From Candidatus Woesearchaeota archaeon (GTDB taxonomy: Archaea > Nanobdellota > Nanobdellia > Woesearchaeales > GCA-023898365), in assembly GCA_023898365.1 (NCBI GenBank), contig CP060219.1, positions 334,688 to 398,687 on the forward strand: DNA of 64,000 nt. Reading direction: 5' to 3'. The notes under the pieces are model-generated. The model was not told the DNA's origin. It saw only the letters and a program-made list of their open reading frames with translations, and did not search any database. Position 1 is the first letter of the stretch; the number at the start of each line of letters is the position of its first letter. Positions 26,351-36,093 of this stretch are shown piece by piece. Made by a program: the position numbers and the translations under genes.

Positions 26351-28768
26351 TTGAATAAACAAGACGCTTTCATTCTATGGTTTGACCAGTTAGGTATTGA
26401 AGATGTGCCGCTCGTAGGTGGCAAGAATGCTTCTCTTGGAGAAATGTATCGGGAACTTGTTCCGAAAGGAGTCCTGGTGCCAAATGGATTTGCGATTACC
26501 GCAACAGCATACCATTATCTCCTTGAAAAAGCAGGTATTAGGAATCAAATTAAACAAATTTTATCAGATCTTGATACGACCAATATGAAAAATTTATCTG
26601 AGAGAGGTCATAAAGTAAGAGAACTTATCAGATCTGCAAAATTTCCTCAAGAACTACATGATGTGATTGTAGAAGCATATGGAAACATGTGTAAACAATA
26701 CGGAGATAATTGTGACGTTGCTGTGCGAAGTAGTGCAACAGCGGAAGACTTGCCTGACGCATCATTTGCCGGACAACAAGAAACATACTTGAACATACGA
26801 GGACCAGAAGATCTTATTATGGCATGTAAAAAATGTTTTGCCAGTCTCTTCACGAATAGAGCAATTTCATATCGCGTCGACAAAGACTTCGATCATTTCT
26901 CTATCGGACTCTCCATTGGCGTGCAAAAAATGGTCAGATCAGATCTTGCAACAAGCGGCGTAATGTTCAGCATTGACACGGAAAGCGGATTTCAGAACGT
27001 CATCTTTGTTACAGGAGCATACGGTCTTGGCGAGAATGTCGTGCAAGGAGCAGTTAACCCAGACGAATTCTACATCTTCAAACCAACACTTCGAGAAGGA
27101 AAAAAATCCATTATCAGCAAACAAATGGGTTCGAAAGCGATTAAGATGATCTACGGTCATGGCGGAAACAAACCTGTCAAGAACGTAAACGTCGATATTA
27201 AAGATCGAAAAGTATATTGTTTGAGTGATGACGAAGTTATTACCTTAGCCACCTGGGCACAAATTATTGAAGACCATTACTCTGCAAAAGCAGGCCACTT
27301 CAAACCAATGGATATGGAATGGGCTAAAGATGGAGAAAGTGGACAACTCTATATCGTACAAGCAAGACCTGAGACTGTGCAGTCAAGAAAAGACACGGCA
27401 AAAATAGTAACTTACGAACTCAAAGGCGAAGGAAAAGTTCGCGTTGTGGGACGAAGTGTTGGACAACGTATTGGCTCAGGAAAAGCAAGAGTCATCAAAG
27501 ACGTTCACAACATCGGCGACTTTCAAAAAGGCGAAGTGCTCGTCACAGAAATGACCGATCCTGATTGGGAACCAATCATGAAGATAGCCTCAGCAATTGT
27601 CACGAACAGAGGTGGAAGAACGTGCCACGCAGCAATCATTTCAAGAGAACTTGGCATTCCTTGTGTGGTTGGAACAGACAACGGTTCTGAAAAGATTCAA
27701 ACAGGAGAAGAAATAACTGTTGACTGTAGTAAAGGCGACGATGGATATGTTTATGAAGGCCTTGTCGACTTCGAAGTTAACGAAGTCTCGCTTGAGCATC
27801 TTCCAAAAACAAAAACGAAGATTATGATGAACTTGGGAAATCCTGAGCAAGCATTTGAATCTAGTTTCTTGCCAAATGAAGGCGTTGGACTTGCGCGAGA
27901 AGAATTTATCATAAATTCGTATATAAAAATACATCCTCTTGCCTTGCTTCATTTTGATGCGGTAAAGGATAGCGCCACAAGAAAACAAATTGAAGAACTC
28001 ACCGCAGGATATGAGGACAAAGGCTATTATTTTGTTGAAAAACTAGCTCATGGCATTGCAAGGATTGCTGCAGCGTTCTATCCGAAGAAAGTCATTTTAA
28101 GAATGTCCGACTTCAAAACAAACGAATACGCAAACCTTATCGGAGGCAAGTATTTTGAGCCAACAGAAGATAATCCTATGATTGGCTGGCGAGGAGCAAC
28201 AAGATATTACAAAGGCAATTACAAAGAAGGATTCGCACTTGAATGTCAAGCAATCAAAAAAGTTCGAGAAGAATTTGGTTTGATGAATCTTGAAGTGATG
28301 ATTCCCTTTTGTAGAACTTTAGAGGAGGCACATAACGTTGTCAATGAACTTGCAGCAAATGGTTTGAAAAAAGGCGAGAACGGTCTTAAAATCATTGGCA
28401 TGTGTGAGATTCCTTCAAATGTGATCTTAGCAGACGAGTTCTTAGATATCTTTGACGGGTTTAGCATCGGAACGAATGATTTGACGCAATTGACTCTCGG
28501 ACTAGACAGAGACAGTGAAATAGTAAGCTATCTCTATGAAGAACGAGATCCTGCGGTTAAGAAATTGGTCAAACAAGTCATTGATGTGGCCATTAAGAAA
28601 GGCAAATACATTGGTCTTTGCGGACAAGCACCAAGTGACAAGGTTGACTTTGCAGAATTCCTTGTTGAATGCAGTATTCAATCAATGAGTTTGAATCCGG
28701 ATACCGTTATTAAGACAACGTTAGCCATTGCGGAAGTTGAAAAGAAACTCGGTATTAGTCCTGACTAA
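26351..28768 (+). CDS. ppsA: Phosphoenolpyruvate synthase (pyruvate, water dikinase)
   Basis: The N-terminus LWFDQLGIEDVPLVGGKNASLGEM matches the PpsA N-terminus. The PEP-utilizing mobile domain GGRTCHAAIISRELGIPCVVG carries the catalytic His. A C-terminal PEP/pyruvate-binding TIM-barrel region is present. The apparent start is TTG at 26351. Confidence 0.9.
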   Translation: MNKQDAFILWFDQLGIEDVPLVGGKNASLGEMYRELVPKGVLVPNGFAITATAYHYLLEKAGIRNQIKQILSDLDTTNMKNLSERGHKVRELIRSAKFPQELHDVIVEAYGNMCKQYGDNCDVAVRSSATAEDLPDASFAGQQETYLNIRGPEDLIMACKKCFASLFTNRAISYRVDKDFDHFSIGLSIGVQKMVRSDLATSGVMFSIDTESGFQNVIFVTGAYGLGENVVQGAVNPDEFYIFKPTLREGKKSIISKQMGSKAIKMIYGHGGNKPVKNVNVDIKDRKVYCLSDDEVITLATWAQIIEDHYSAKAGHFKPMDMEWAKDGESGQLYIVQARPETVQSRKDTAKIVTYELKGEGKVRVVGRSVGQRIGSGKARVIKDVHNIGDFQKGEVLVTEMTDPDWEPIMKIASAIVTNRGGRTCHAAIISRELGIPCVVGTDNGSEKIQTGEEITVDCSKGDDGYVYEGLVDFEVNEVSLEHLPKTKTKIMMNLGNPEQAFESSFLPNEGVGLAREEFIINSYIKIHPLALLHFDAVKDSATRKQIEELTAGYEDKGYYFVEKLAHGIARIAAAFYPKKVILRMSDFKTNEYANLIGGKYFEPTEDNPMIGWRGATRYYKGNYKEGFALECQAIKKVREEFGLMNLEVMIPFCRTLEEAHNVVNELAANGLKKGENGLKIIGMCEIPSNVILADEFLDIFDGFSIGTNDLTQLTLGLDRDSEIVSYLYEERDPAVKKLVKQVIDVAIKKGKYIGLCGQAPSDKVDFAEFLVECSIQSMSLNPDTVIKTTLAIAEVEKKLGISPD

Positions 28769-28772
28769 GTAT

Positions 28773-29498
28773 TTAACGAAGCGAGAAATACAACCGTCTA
28801 TTGTTTTTTCCTTTATTTTTTAATTCTTCAATGTTTATTAGGCCACATTCTTTTGTGCTATGAACATGAGTACCTCCATCTGCTTGCACATCAACACCTG
28901 TAATGTCGACAATGCGCAAGATAGAAACATTTGGAGGAAGCGCTCCTGCAAGTTTCACCATGCCTGGCATGCGCAAAACGTCTTCGCGAGGTTTAAAACT
29001 GATTTCTACCTTATGATCTTCTTGTAAGTAGCGATTAGCTTTTGCAACTAAGGCCTCCATTTGTTCGCGATCAAACGTATCAAGTGAATAATCCACTCGT
29101 GAAAGCGCGACATCAAGTTGATTGCCGGTGATAAGAACCTGCTCTTGGAAAAAAACTTGAGAGAGTACATGACTTGCCGTATGCATTTTCATAAGCGCAT
29201 AACGACGTGGCCAGTCCAGTTTGCAGCGAACGCGATCGCCAACATGTAATCCTTCTTTGTTTACTTCATGAGAAATTGCGCCATCAAATTTTCCTACAAA
29301 GGTAACGGAGTACATGTCTTTACCCAACCCATCTGGTCCAAGAACTTCAATTTGACCCTCATCATGCGGTTGACCACCTCCTTGAGGATAAAAAATAGTG
29401 TCCGCAAGAATAATGAATGTTCCCTTATTCACTGCAGTAACCGTAGTAATGAATTCCTTACAATAAGCATCTTTCGCATACAACGGATACGCATCCAT
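28773..29498 (-). CDS. alaX: Alanyl-tRNA editing protein AlaX (AlaX-M type, the trans-editing domain of AlaRS)
   Basis: The zinc-binding motifs HTASHVL and GGTHVHSTKECG are present. The probable start MDAYPLYAK is at 29498; the track ORF extends to 29669. Confidence 0.75.
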   Translation of the reverse strand: MDAYPLYAKDAYCKEFITTVTAVNKGTFIILADTIFYPQGGGQPHDEGQIEVLGPDGLGKDMYSVTFVGKFDGAISHEVNKEGLHVGDRVRCKLDWPRRYALMKMHTASHVLSQVFFQEQVLITGNQLDVALSRVDYSLDTFDREQMEALVAKANRYLQEDHKVEISFKPREDVLRMPGMVKLAGALPPNVSILRIVDITGVDVQADGGTHVHSTKECGLINIEELKNKGKNNRRLYFSLR

Positions 29499-29532
29499 AA
29501 TAAACTGAGTCAAGTCGTTTTCTTTAATAACG

Positions 29533-30210
29533 TTGTGGAAAACACATTTAAAGTTTGCTTCTTCAAAAGACCTATTGATGTCTGGAAAAGAACTTTCTCT
29601 TCTTGAGGCGCTTAAAGAAGTGCCCTGTCGCGTTGCTGACTTGCTTGCGACAAAGAACATCGTTCTCATCGGCTTATCTGGAGGTAGTGGTTCAGGAAAA
29701 GGATTTGTTGCAAGACATTTGAAAGAAAAAATTCCTGATTGCGCTGTTCTTTCTATGGATGATTATTATTTTGGCAAAGAAAAAATTACTGATGGGAATT
29801 TTGATAAACCAGAATCGCTCGATCTCAAACTTCTTGTTTCACAGTTGCAACAACTAAAACAGGGGAAAAACATTCAAAAGCCAGAATACGATTTCGTTAC
29901 CAGTTCAAGAAACGGAGAAGTGAATTACGCGCCAAGCAAAGTCATTCTTCTTGAGGGATTGTTTGCACTCATACCGGAAGTCGCTAAAGAACTTGATCTC
30001 AAACTTCTTGTTGTAGCAAAAGAACCACTTCGGTATGTGCGAAGATGTTCTCGAGATCAGAAAACCCGAGGGAGAAGCAAAGAAAGCATTGCGCTCCAAT
30101 GGAAGACCTTTGCAGAGCCCATGTTTCAACTCCATAAAACAAAACAAGAAGAACAAGCAGATATCATAATAAAAAATGAAAAAAAATTTGTGAAAGTAAC
30201 TAAAACTTAA
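29533..30210 (+). CDS. Uridine kinase-like P-loop nucleoside/nucleotide kinase
   Basis: The P-loop IVLIGLSGGSGSGKG is followed by LSMDDYY (cf. Udk ISQDSFY). An alternative start MSGKEL lies at 29578. Confidence 0.55.
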   Translation: MWKTHLKFASSKDLLMSGKELSLLEALKEVPCRVADLLATKNIVLIGLSGGSGSGKGFVARHLKEKIPDCAVLSMDDYYFGKEKITDGNFDKPESLDLKLLVSQLQQLKQGKNIQKPEYDFVTSSRNGEVNYAPSKVILLEGLFALIPEVAKELDLKLLVVAKEPLRYVRRCSRDQKTRGRSKESIALQWKTFAEPMFQLHKTKQEEQADIIIKNEKKFVKVTKT

Positions 30211-31006
30211 CTACTTTCATGATCTTCCATGCGTTCTCGAAGAGCACTTGAACAGTCTGCGCGAAGAACGGTGTGTTAATCCAAATACCTATGTCATATG
30301 TTGGATGAACTTCCGCATCGTCAAGAACCATAAAGACAATCTCTTTGCCATCTACAACGACAAAACGACCCTTTATATCGGTATGACGAACTTCAACAAC
30401 TCCTGCAAGAGGTTTTGCTGATTTCTTCATTTCAGGAGTCATGGGCGCAGCAATACGCACTTTAACTCCTCGCTTCTTGAGCTGCTCAAAGACACCGCGA
30501 AGTGCTTCAAGTTTACGGATAAAACCTTGAGAAGTGGTCAGAATATCGACCGTTTTTTCCGCACCTTTAATTGTCAAATCCAAATGATTATACAAATTAT
30601 GTCGTCCACGAAGAGAACCGGACAAATCTGTTGGTTCGACTAATTCTACACCTTGTGAATGCAATCCTGAAAGCTCATCTAAGAGTTCTGTTCCCTTCAA
30701 ACTATCAAGCTTTTTTACCTGTGCGTCTGCAGATTTTTTAACATTCTTTTTCACACGCTCAAGCACTTCTTTTGGTGGTACTGCAATATATTTAATGGGT
30801 TTGCCAATTTTCATGACAACAAATCCTTTCTTCTCGAGAGACTCGAGAACATCGTAGCTTCTTGACCGAGGCACATTTGCTATGTCCGATAATTCACCTG
30901 CAGTCGATACACCACGAGAAAGTAGCGCACTCCACACTTTCACCTCGTAGAGGTTGAGTGAGAAGTATTTTCGTAAGTCATTTAAGAAATCCTCACTTAC
31001 AATCAT
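30200..31006 (-). CDS. TrmB-family transcriptional regulator
   Basis: N-terminal winged HTH LNLYEVKVWSALLSRGVSTAGELSDIANVPRSRSYDVLESLEKKGFV. The length (268 aa) and a C-terminal effector-domain-like region are typical of archaeal TrmB. Confidence 0.75.
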   Translation of the reverse strand: MIVSEDFLNDLRKYFSLNLYEVKVWSALLSRGVSTAGELSDIANVPRSRSYDVLESLEKKGFVVMKIGKPIKYIAVPPKEVLERVKKNVKKSADAQVKKLDSLKGTELLDELSGLHSQGVELVEPTDLSGSLRGRHNLYNHLDLTIKGAEKTVDILTTSQGFIRKLEALRGVFEQLKKRGVKVRIAAPMTPEMKKSAKPLAGVVEVRHTDIKGRFVVVDGKEIVFMVLDDAEVHPTYDIGIWINTPFFAQTVQVLFENAWKIMKVVKF

Positions 31007-31141
31007 TTTACTTATACCCCCTTACTCGTAGGTAATCCTAAAATCACCCCTTTTTACTGGTAAAGAACAACCACTACTATATATATGTTACGTTTTTAAT
31101 TCTTTTTATAGAAAGGCCTTAGCTAGCAAAATTTGACAACC

Positions 31142-31960
31142 TCAGAGCTTAACAACGAAGAAGAGCTCTGTGGGAATAACAAAACTATCGGCGCGAACAC
31201 CCAATTCTGTCAACACGCGGACAAGCCAACCACGGTGTGATTGCTGTTGTTTACCTCCAATCGTTTGTGTTGGAAACGATATAACAATCATGCGAGGATG
31301 CTTGGAGAGAAGAAGCTCAAGTAGCTTCTTTGAATGCCCCCTCTTCCCCCGTTCGAGATCGTCAAGCACCTTAAAAAGAAAAATAGTATCAGGGCGTTGC
31401 ACTGCGTTATCAACCGCTTCTAAGTCCATTAAATCAAGCGGTGCTGCGGAGCCTGTTTGTTGCCTCGTTTGAAAAAACGTTTGTAATAAGTGTAAATCCT
31501 TATTTGGTAAATCAAAAGCATAATAGGTTACATTAGTTGGCAAAAAAATACTTGATAAAGGATTTAGACCACAACCTAAGTCATGAATTGATGTTGGCAC
31601 TATTTTTGCAAAGAGTTCGCCATACACTTGCGCATAAAATGATAATCGTTCATTCGTGCTTCGATGTGTTTGTAACAATTTGAAGACATCATCATCAGAA
31701 AAAGTTCCTGTTTTTTTCTTTGTCTGTAAATGATACACACCAAATTTATCTCTCAAACGTTTTCGAAGAGCTTTGACAAGAAGTTTGTACCCTGCTGCGC
31801 GGTGATTTTCTTTAAGAAACAAATCATGAGCCACGCGAGAAAGTGCATCGTTCGTTTCGAGAAGCGCATCTAACTCTTTTTGAGCAAAGAAAGGATCAAG
31901 ACCGTTCAATTCTTGTTTTTTTAAAACATCAATAATGAACTGCTCTTTGAAAGTCGTCAT
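31142..31960 (-). CDS. FmrO/ArmA/Rmt-family SAM-dependent 16S rRNA methyltransferase homolog (the aminoglycoside-resistance m7G1405 methyltransferase family)
   Basis: LLQTHRSTNERLSFYAQVYGELF resembles the ArmA segment LLKIHSSTNERVATLNDFYTYVFG. SAM motif I IHDLGCGLNPL matches ArmA LDFGCGFNPL. YYAFDL matches YHAYDI. The C-terminal FLFKVL...MIVISFP matches ArmA FLLKML...FVISFP. Confidence 0.6.
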   Translation of the reverse strand: MTTFKEQFIIDVLKKQELNGLDPFFAQKELDALLETNDALSRVAHDLFLKENHRAAGYKLLVKALRKRLRDKFGVYHLQTKKKTGTFSDDDVFKLLQTHRSTNERLSFYAQVYGELFAKIVPTSIHDLGCGLNPLSSIFLPTNVTYYAFDLPNKDLHLLQTFFQTRQQTGSAAPLDLMDLEAVDNAVQRPDTIFLFKVLDDLERGKRGHSKKLLELLLSKHPRMIVISFPTQTIGGKQQQSHRGWLVRVLTELGVRADSFVIPTELFFVVKL

Positions 31961-31966
31961 GCGAAG

Positions 31967-32989
31967 TTACCAGCGAACGACACCTGCGATGCCGCCAAGC
32001 CCATCAACTTTTTTGATGTTTTGTTCTGTTGTTAATAAATGCACCTTTCCCCCTGCACGATCAACATCTGCCATAAGGTGTTCAAGCTCTTCGAACGTAT
32101 CCTTTTGACGAGAAGCGGAAAGGAATGTTTCCGTTACGAGGAGATAAGAAATGTTTGCTTCGGTGACGAATTTCTTCGTTTCGACAAACCCATAACACGC
32201 ATGTTCTTTTGCAATTGCCTTCATCAAATCATCAACAAGAGAAGTTTCTTTCGCTTCTCGGTCATGTTCAAGGAGCTTTTTCATCCTTGGCGAAACAAGA
32301 ATTTCTTTGATGCCATTATCACTTACACTTGAAATAGTAACGGTCTGCACCAATTGCTTGACTTCGCTTGGCAACTCATTAAATAAGTAATCCTTCCAAA
32401 AATCAGAAGAACCCAAAATGACCGTTTCAACTTTGTATCGAGAAACATAAGAGGAGAGCGTTTCAGCAAGAAGAGAAAAGAAATTATCATGTTTTGCTTC
32501 AACCATTGCTTTTTTTGCCACATCACCTTTGAGTTCAGACAAGATACGATGACCTTGCTGTTCAAAAAGAGCAAAGATTGCATGATCGCGATCAAAAAGA
32601 AGTGCAAGAACAGTTTCTTGAGCAGTGTGCTCAGCTTCGCTCAAATAGTCTTTATGATAGCCAAGAAAGTTTTTCTTGATCTGGAGCACCGTGCCAATTT
32701 CAACAATGAGGGATTGGTGCACGCCACGAGGCATATCATCTGGCGCTTCACGAATAAGACCATTAATGCGGAGAGGATCAGCATAATCGAGCTTTTCAGC
32801 CTCAATGGTGGCAGTGAACTTCTTCTTAGCCAATTTATCGCTGTTATCTCCGACAGAAATTTTTCGCTCAGCAGTACCTGTAATCAAGTCTCCCGGTTCG
32901 ATAATTTTCGTTAGAAACCAATAATCATCAGGGGACGTCACCATGAGTTTGACAACTCCCTTGTGAAAATCACGAGAAGTAACCTTCAT
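31967..32989 (-). CDS. pelA: Pelota (Dom34-like mRNA surveillance factor)
   Basis: The N-terminal domain MKVTSRDFHKGVVKLMVTSPDDYWFLTKIIEPGDLITGTAER matches the Pelota N-terminus. The ~340 aa with eRF1-like central and C-terminal domains are present. The start was chosen at MKVTS (32989); the track ORF extends to 33049. Confidence 0.75.
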   Translation of the reverse strand: MKVTSRDFHKGVVKLMVTSPDDYWFLTKIIEPGDLITGTAERKISVGDNSDKLAKKKFTATIEAEKLDYADPLRINGLIREAPDDMPRGVHQSLIVEIGTVLQIKKNFLGYHKDYLSEAEHTAQETVLALLFDRDHAIFALFEQQGHRILSELKGDVAKKAMVEAKHDNFFSLLAETLSSYVSRYKVETVILGSSDFWKDYLFNELPSEVKQLVQTVTISSVSDNGIKEILVSPRMKKLLEHDREAKETSLVDDLMKAIAKEHACYGFVETKKFVTEANISYLLVTETFLSASRQKDTFEELEHLMADVDRAGGKVHLLTTEQNIKKVDGLGGIAGVVRW

Positions 32990-33357
32990 ACTGTGTAAAA
33001 GCCTTCCCTCGTTAATAAAGTTTTTGGAAAGAAAAGACATTCCATGCATATAAAAAGAAAAAAAAGAAATTTGTCAGAGAACCCTTAAGTTAAAAATAGT
33101 CTTCTAACTCGAAAGAATAGAGTTCTCCAATGTGCAAACGATTAAAGTTTTTTGTGTTATACCGCATAGTTTTCACCTCACAGACCCTCTCTTCAAGGGC
33201 ATAAAGAATTCCTAGAAAAATCAGTATATAAATGAACGGCAAGAAAACTAGAGAAGAAAAATTCACAAAGCTTATAAGAAAAATTCCTCACAAATAACAA
33301 CGAACACCTCAAAAAAGAAGAACTTTTTTTAAAGAACACCCTCTTTCTAGAAGTACT

Positions 33358-34344
33358 ATGTCAGAAAAACAGCAGCGTAGGGCAGCAAAAGTTCCTTTAC
33401 GAGAACTAAACACGTTTCGTGCAGTTTTTGCAAAAGATATTGATAAAAGTTGCCGTCATGAAAAACAAAAAGATTACATGCTTATCGCTCTGCATAGCAA
33501 ACACGATGTTAAAGGCTACGACATTATTGAATACGACTTTAGCAAAAAAGAACCAAGAGATTTTCGCTCAGCTATCACTAAAGTGCTGCCAACCTATAAC
33601 AAATTTGCATTTGATCAACTCGGCTCGATTGCCATCATCGAAGTTGACGAAGAATTTCGTGACAAAGAAGAACTCATCGCAAAGACCCTTCTTGAAACCA
33701 ATGCGACGGTGAAAACTGTTCTGCGCAAAGATTCGACACATGAAAATGAGTTTCGCACACAAACCTACAAGTTTTTGCAAGGCGTCGAAACAAAAATTGC
33801 GACGATCAAAGAAAATAATGTGACCCTTTCATTCGATGTTGAAGAAGTATATTTTTCTGTTCGTCTATCTTCAGAGCGAAAACGTGTTGCACAACAAGTC
33901 AAAGAAAATGAATCAGTGCTTGTTATGTTTAGCGGAGCAGGACCATACGCAATGGTGATAAAAAAAATGCATCCGTCTGCAACAGTGACTGCAGTTGAAA
34001 TGAATCCTGAAGGACACCGGTGGGCAGTGCACAACGCTAAAATAAATAAACTAGATATTACCTGTGTTAATGAAGATGTGGGCAAGCTCGCACTGGGAAA
34101 AACGTTTGACCGCATTGTCATGCCCGCTCCAAAAAACGCAGAAGATTTCTTAGAAAAAGCAAAAGAACACGCAACACAAGGAACCATTATTCATTTGTAC
34201 TGCTTTGGAGAAGAAAATGAATTAGCAGAAAAAAAGAAAAGAATAGAACACGTCTTTTCAAAAGTCACGTTTCTTGGAGACACGGTGTGCGGCCAACAAT
34301 CACCCCGCATCTATCGCTATTGTGTTGATTTTCGCGTCGATTGA
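33358..34344 (+). CDS. trm5: tRNA (guanine37-N1)-methyltransferase Trm5 / Taw2-like class I methyltransferase
   Basis: Motifs VLVMFSGAGPYAMV (cf. Trm5 MFAGVGPFA) and VTAVEMNPEG, with a Met-10-like fold arrangement. Confidence 0.75.
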   Translation: MSEKQQRRAAKVPLRELNTFRAVFAKDIDKSCRHEKQKDYMLIALHSKHDVKGYDIIEYDFSKKEPRDFRSAITKVLPTYNKFAFDQLGSIAIIEVDEEFRDKEELIAKTLLETNATVKTVLRKDSTHENEFRTQTYKFLQGVETKIATIKENNVTLSFDVEEVYFSVRLSSERKRVAQQVKENESVLVMFSGAGPYAMVIKKMHPSATVTAVEMNPEGHRWAVHNAKINKLDITCVNEDVGKLALGKTFDRIVMPAPKNAEDFLEKAKEHATQGTIIHLYCFGEENELAEKKKRIEHVFSKVTFLGDTVCGQQSPRIYRYCVDFRVD

Positions 34345-35903
34345 AAATCATCTAAATTGATCTGACCCTTACGTTTGTTCTTTTTAACCACTTCAGGCAT
34401 GGGCTCACCAACTTGCTCTTTAAGCACGCGAGCAGTTGCGGGACCAACTAAAGAAGAAAGAGAAGTCGGGTCGATCTTTTTGAGATCCCCCACTGTTTTA
34501 AGCCCGTTGCGAAACAAAATTCTTGCACGAACACGACCAACTTGCTTCAAACGAAGCAAAGCAAGAAGTTCCTCTTTAACCCCGTACGAAAGTCGAACCC
34601 GTAATCGTTCAATATGTTTAATTAGATGTTGACGCTTTGTTAACTGAGATAATTCTTTAAGTGCGTATAACAACCAATCAATGGTTTCTCGCTTAAAATG
34701 TAACTCACCAGGACGCAAACCGAACTCGTCAAGCAAAATATCCTCGCCGACTTCTTCAATCCAAGAAAGAAAAACAAGGGTTGTTTTCATCCCGTCAAGA
34801 AATTCCGCATACTCATGGTCGTACATACTTGGTGGTTGAAAAACGAACTCGTGATCATGCGCAACAATAGCTTTTTCGATCTGCTCAAGCTCCTTTGTGC
34901 GAACACGCAGTAATGGACGAATCTCCTTAGTTTTCATCAATGCTTGAAGTAACGAAAAAGGAGAAGGATCATCAGAAAGAAGCGAAAGCGCATCAAGAAG
35001 TAATTTTGCACTGTACGGATCAAGATAAAGTTCTGCAACGCGCTTACCTAAAGGAGTTGCTTCAAGTTTACGAGGAGAAGAAGAAAGAAGTGAGGAAGCG
35101 GATTGGAAACCTTTTGCGTCCGAAGATGCTGAAGCAACCAAAAAACCCCACAATTCGAGTTCACCAATAATTTTTTCAATTTTAAGAGCCACCGCCTCAT
35201 CATCACCGTATTGATCAGCATAGAACGTTTCCGAAAAAAAATCTTTTACTTCCTCTTGCGAAAACACCATACCTGAAGCAACCAAACTCAACACATACAT
35301 ACGAAGCACCGGTTCAACAGCCAACTTAGAATCAATATCCTCCGGAACACCAAGTAAATACTTATCATGCAAGAGTTCTTTTTGATCAGAAGAATCTGCA
35401 AGCAAAATAGCCTCGCCAAAATCATCCTTACCGGGACGACCAGCTCGACCCATCATCTGCAACGCCTCAAGCACAGGAATAAAATATAACCCCCGCGCAC
35501 CATACCTGCGCAAACTCTTAATCACCACACGAAACGCAGGAAGGTTAAGACCAGCAGCGAGCGTTGGCGTAGCACAAATCACCTTAATACGTTTATCCTT
35601 GAAAGCAGACTCCACAAGAGAACGCTGAGCGCTATGAAGACCTGAATGGTGGAACGCGACGCCACGATGCACCACCTTAGACAAACGCTTACATTGCTTT
35701 GTAGGAGAAGAAACAGCCTTAAGGATGTTCTCAGAAAGCTCCTCACAAGAAGCAAGAAGATCAAGTTGGCTTGCGATCGCATCAGCCTGCGCCTCAGCAG
35801 AAGCCTTCGTTGGAGCAAACACCAAGATCTGTTTATCATTCGCAATAGTGTCAAGCGCCAAATCAACCAATTGATCACCAGATCGTTCAGTGAGAGAAAC
35901 CAT
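34317..35903 (-). CDS. Hel308/Hjm-type Ski2-like helicase containing domains 2-5 only (RecA2, winged helix, ratchet, HhH). The RecA1 ATP-binding domain is absent, so this is a candidate split gene or an N-terminally truncated gene.
   Basis: The ORF begins exactly at the domain-2 boundary (DKQILVFAPTKASAEAQA). It has motif IV/V VICATPTLAAGLNLPAF and motif VI QMMGRAGRPGKD. No Walker A, DExH or SAT motif appears in any frame upstream; nt 35904-36078 is non-coding repeat DNA followed by tRNA genes. Confidence 0.7.
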   Translation of the reverse strand: MVSLTERSGDQLVDLALDTIANDKQILVFAPTKASAEAQADAIASQLDLLASCEELSENILKAVSSPTKQCKRLSKVVHRGVAFHHSGLHSAQRSLVESAFKDKRIKVICATPTLAAGLNLPAFRVVIKSLRRYGARGLYFIPVLEALQMMGRAGRPGKDDFGEAILLADSSDQKELLHDKYLLGVPEDIDSKLAVEPVLRMYVLSLVASGMVFSQEEVKDFFSETFYADQYGDDEAVALKIEKIIGELELWGFLVASASSDAKGFQSASSLLSSSPRKLEATPLGKRVAELYLDPYSAKLLLDALSLLSDDPSPFSLLQALMKTKEIRPLLRVRTKELEQIEKAIVAHDHEFVFQPPSMYDHEYAEFLDGMKTTLVFLSWIEEVGEDILLDEFGLRPGELHFKRETIDWLLYALKELSQLTKRQHLIKHIERLRVRLSYGVKEELLALLRLKQVGRVRARILFRNGLKTVGDLKKIDPTSLSSLVGPATARVLKEQVGEPMPEVVKKNKRKGQINLDDFQSTRKSTQ

Positions 35904-35948
35904 TTACTTGCAGAAGTGAAGCTTTGTTTTAAACGTTTTGTTAAAGAA

Positions 35949-36093
35949 GCAGACAACAGAAAACAGAAAAAAAAAACATGAGCCCGGGGGGATATAGGAA
36001 CGCCAACAACAATTTGGCGTTTGTGAGCCTGCATACGCTAACACGTAGCAGACAACAGAAAACAGAAAAAAAAAAACATGAGCCCGGGGGGAT
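35949..36093. repeat. Two direct copies (35949-35993 and 36048-36093, 45 and 46 nt) of the tRNA-Ile 3'-terminal 15 nt plus its 30-nt poly-T trailer, separated by 54 nt. This is an att-like tandem duplication of a tRNA 3' end.
   Basis: The string gcagacaacagaaaacagaaaaaaaaa(a)catgagcccggggggat occurs twice. The second copy is continuous with the intact tRNA-Ile. Confidence 0.8.

Noticed and set aside
33050-33357. 308-bp intergenic region between pelota and trm5 considered for an ncRNA or small ORF
   Set aside because: It is AT-rich with no conserved boxes, no stable stems and only a 24-codon ORF. Divergent promoters explain it better.
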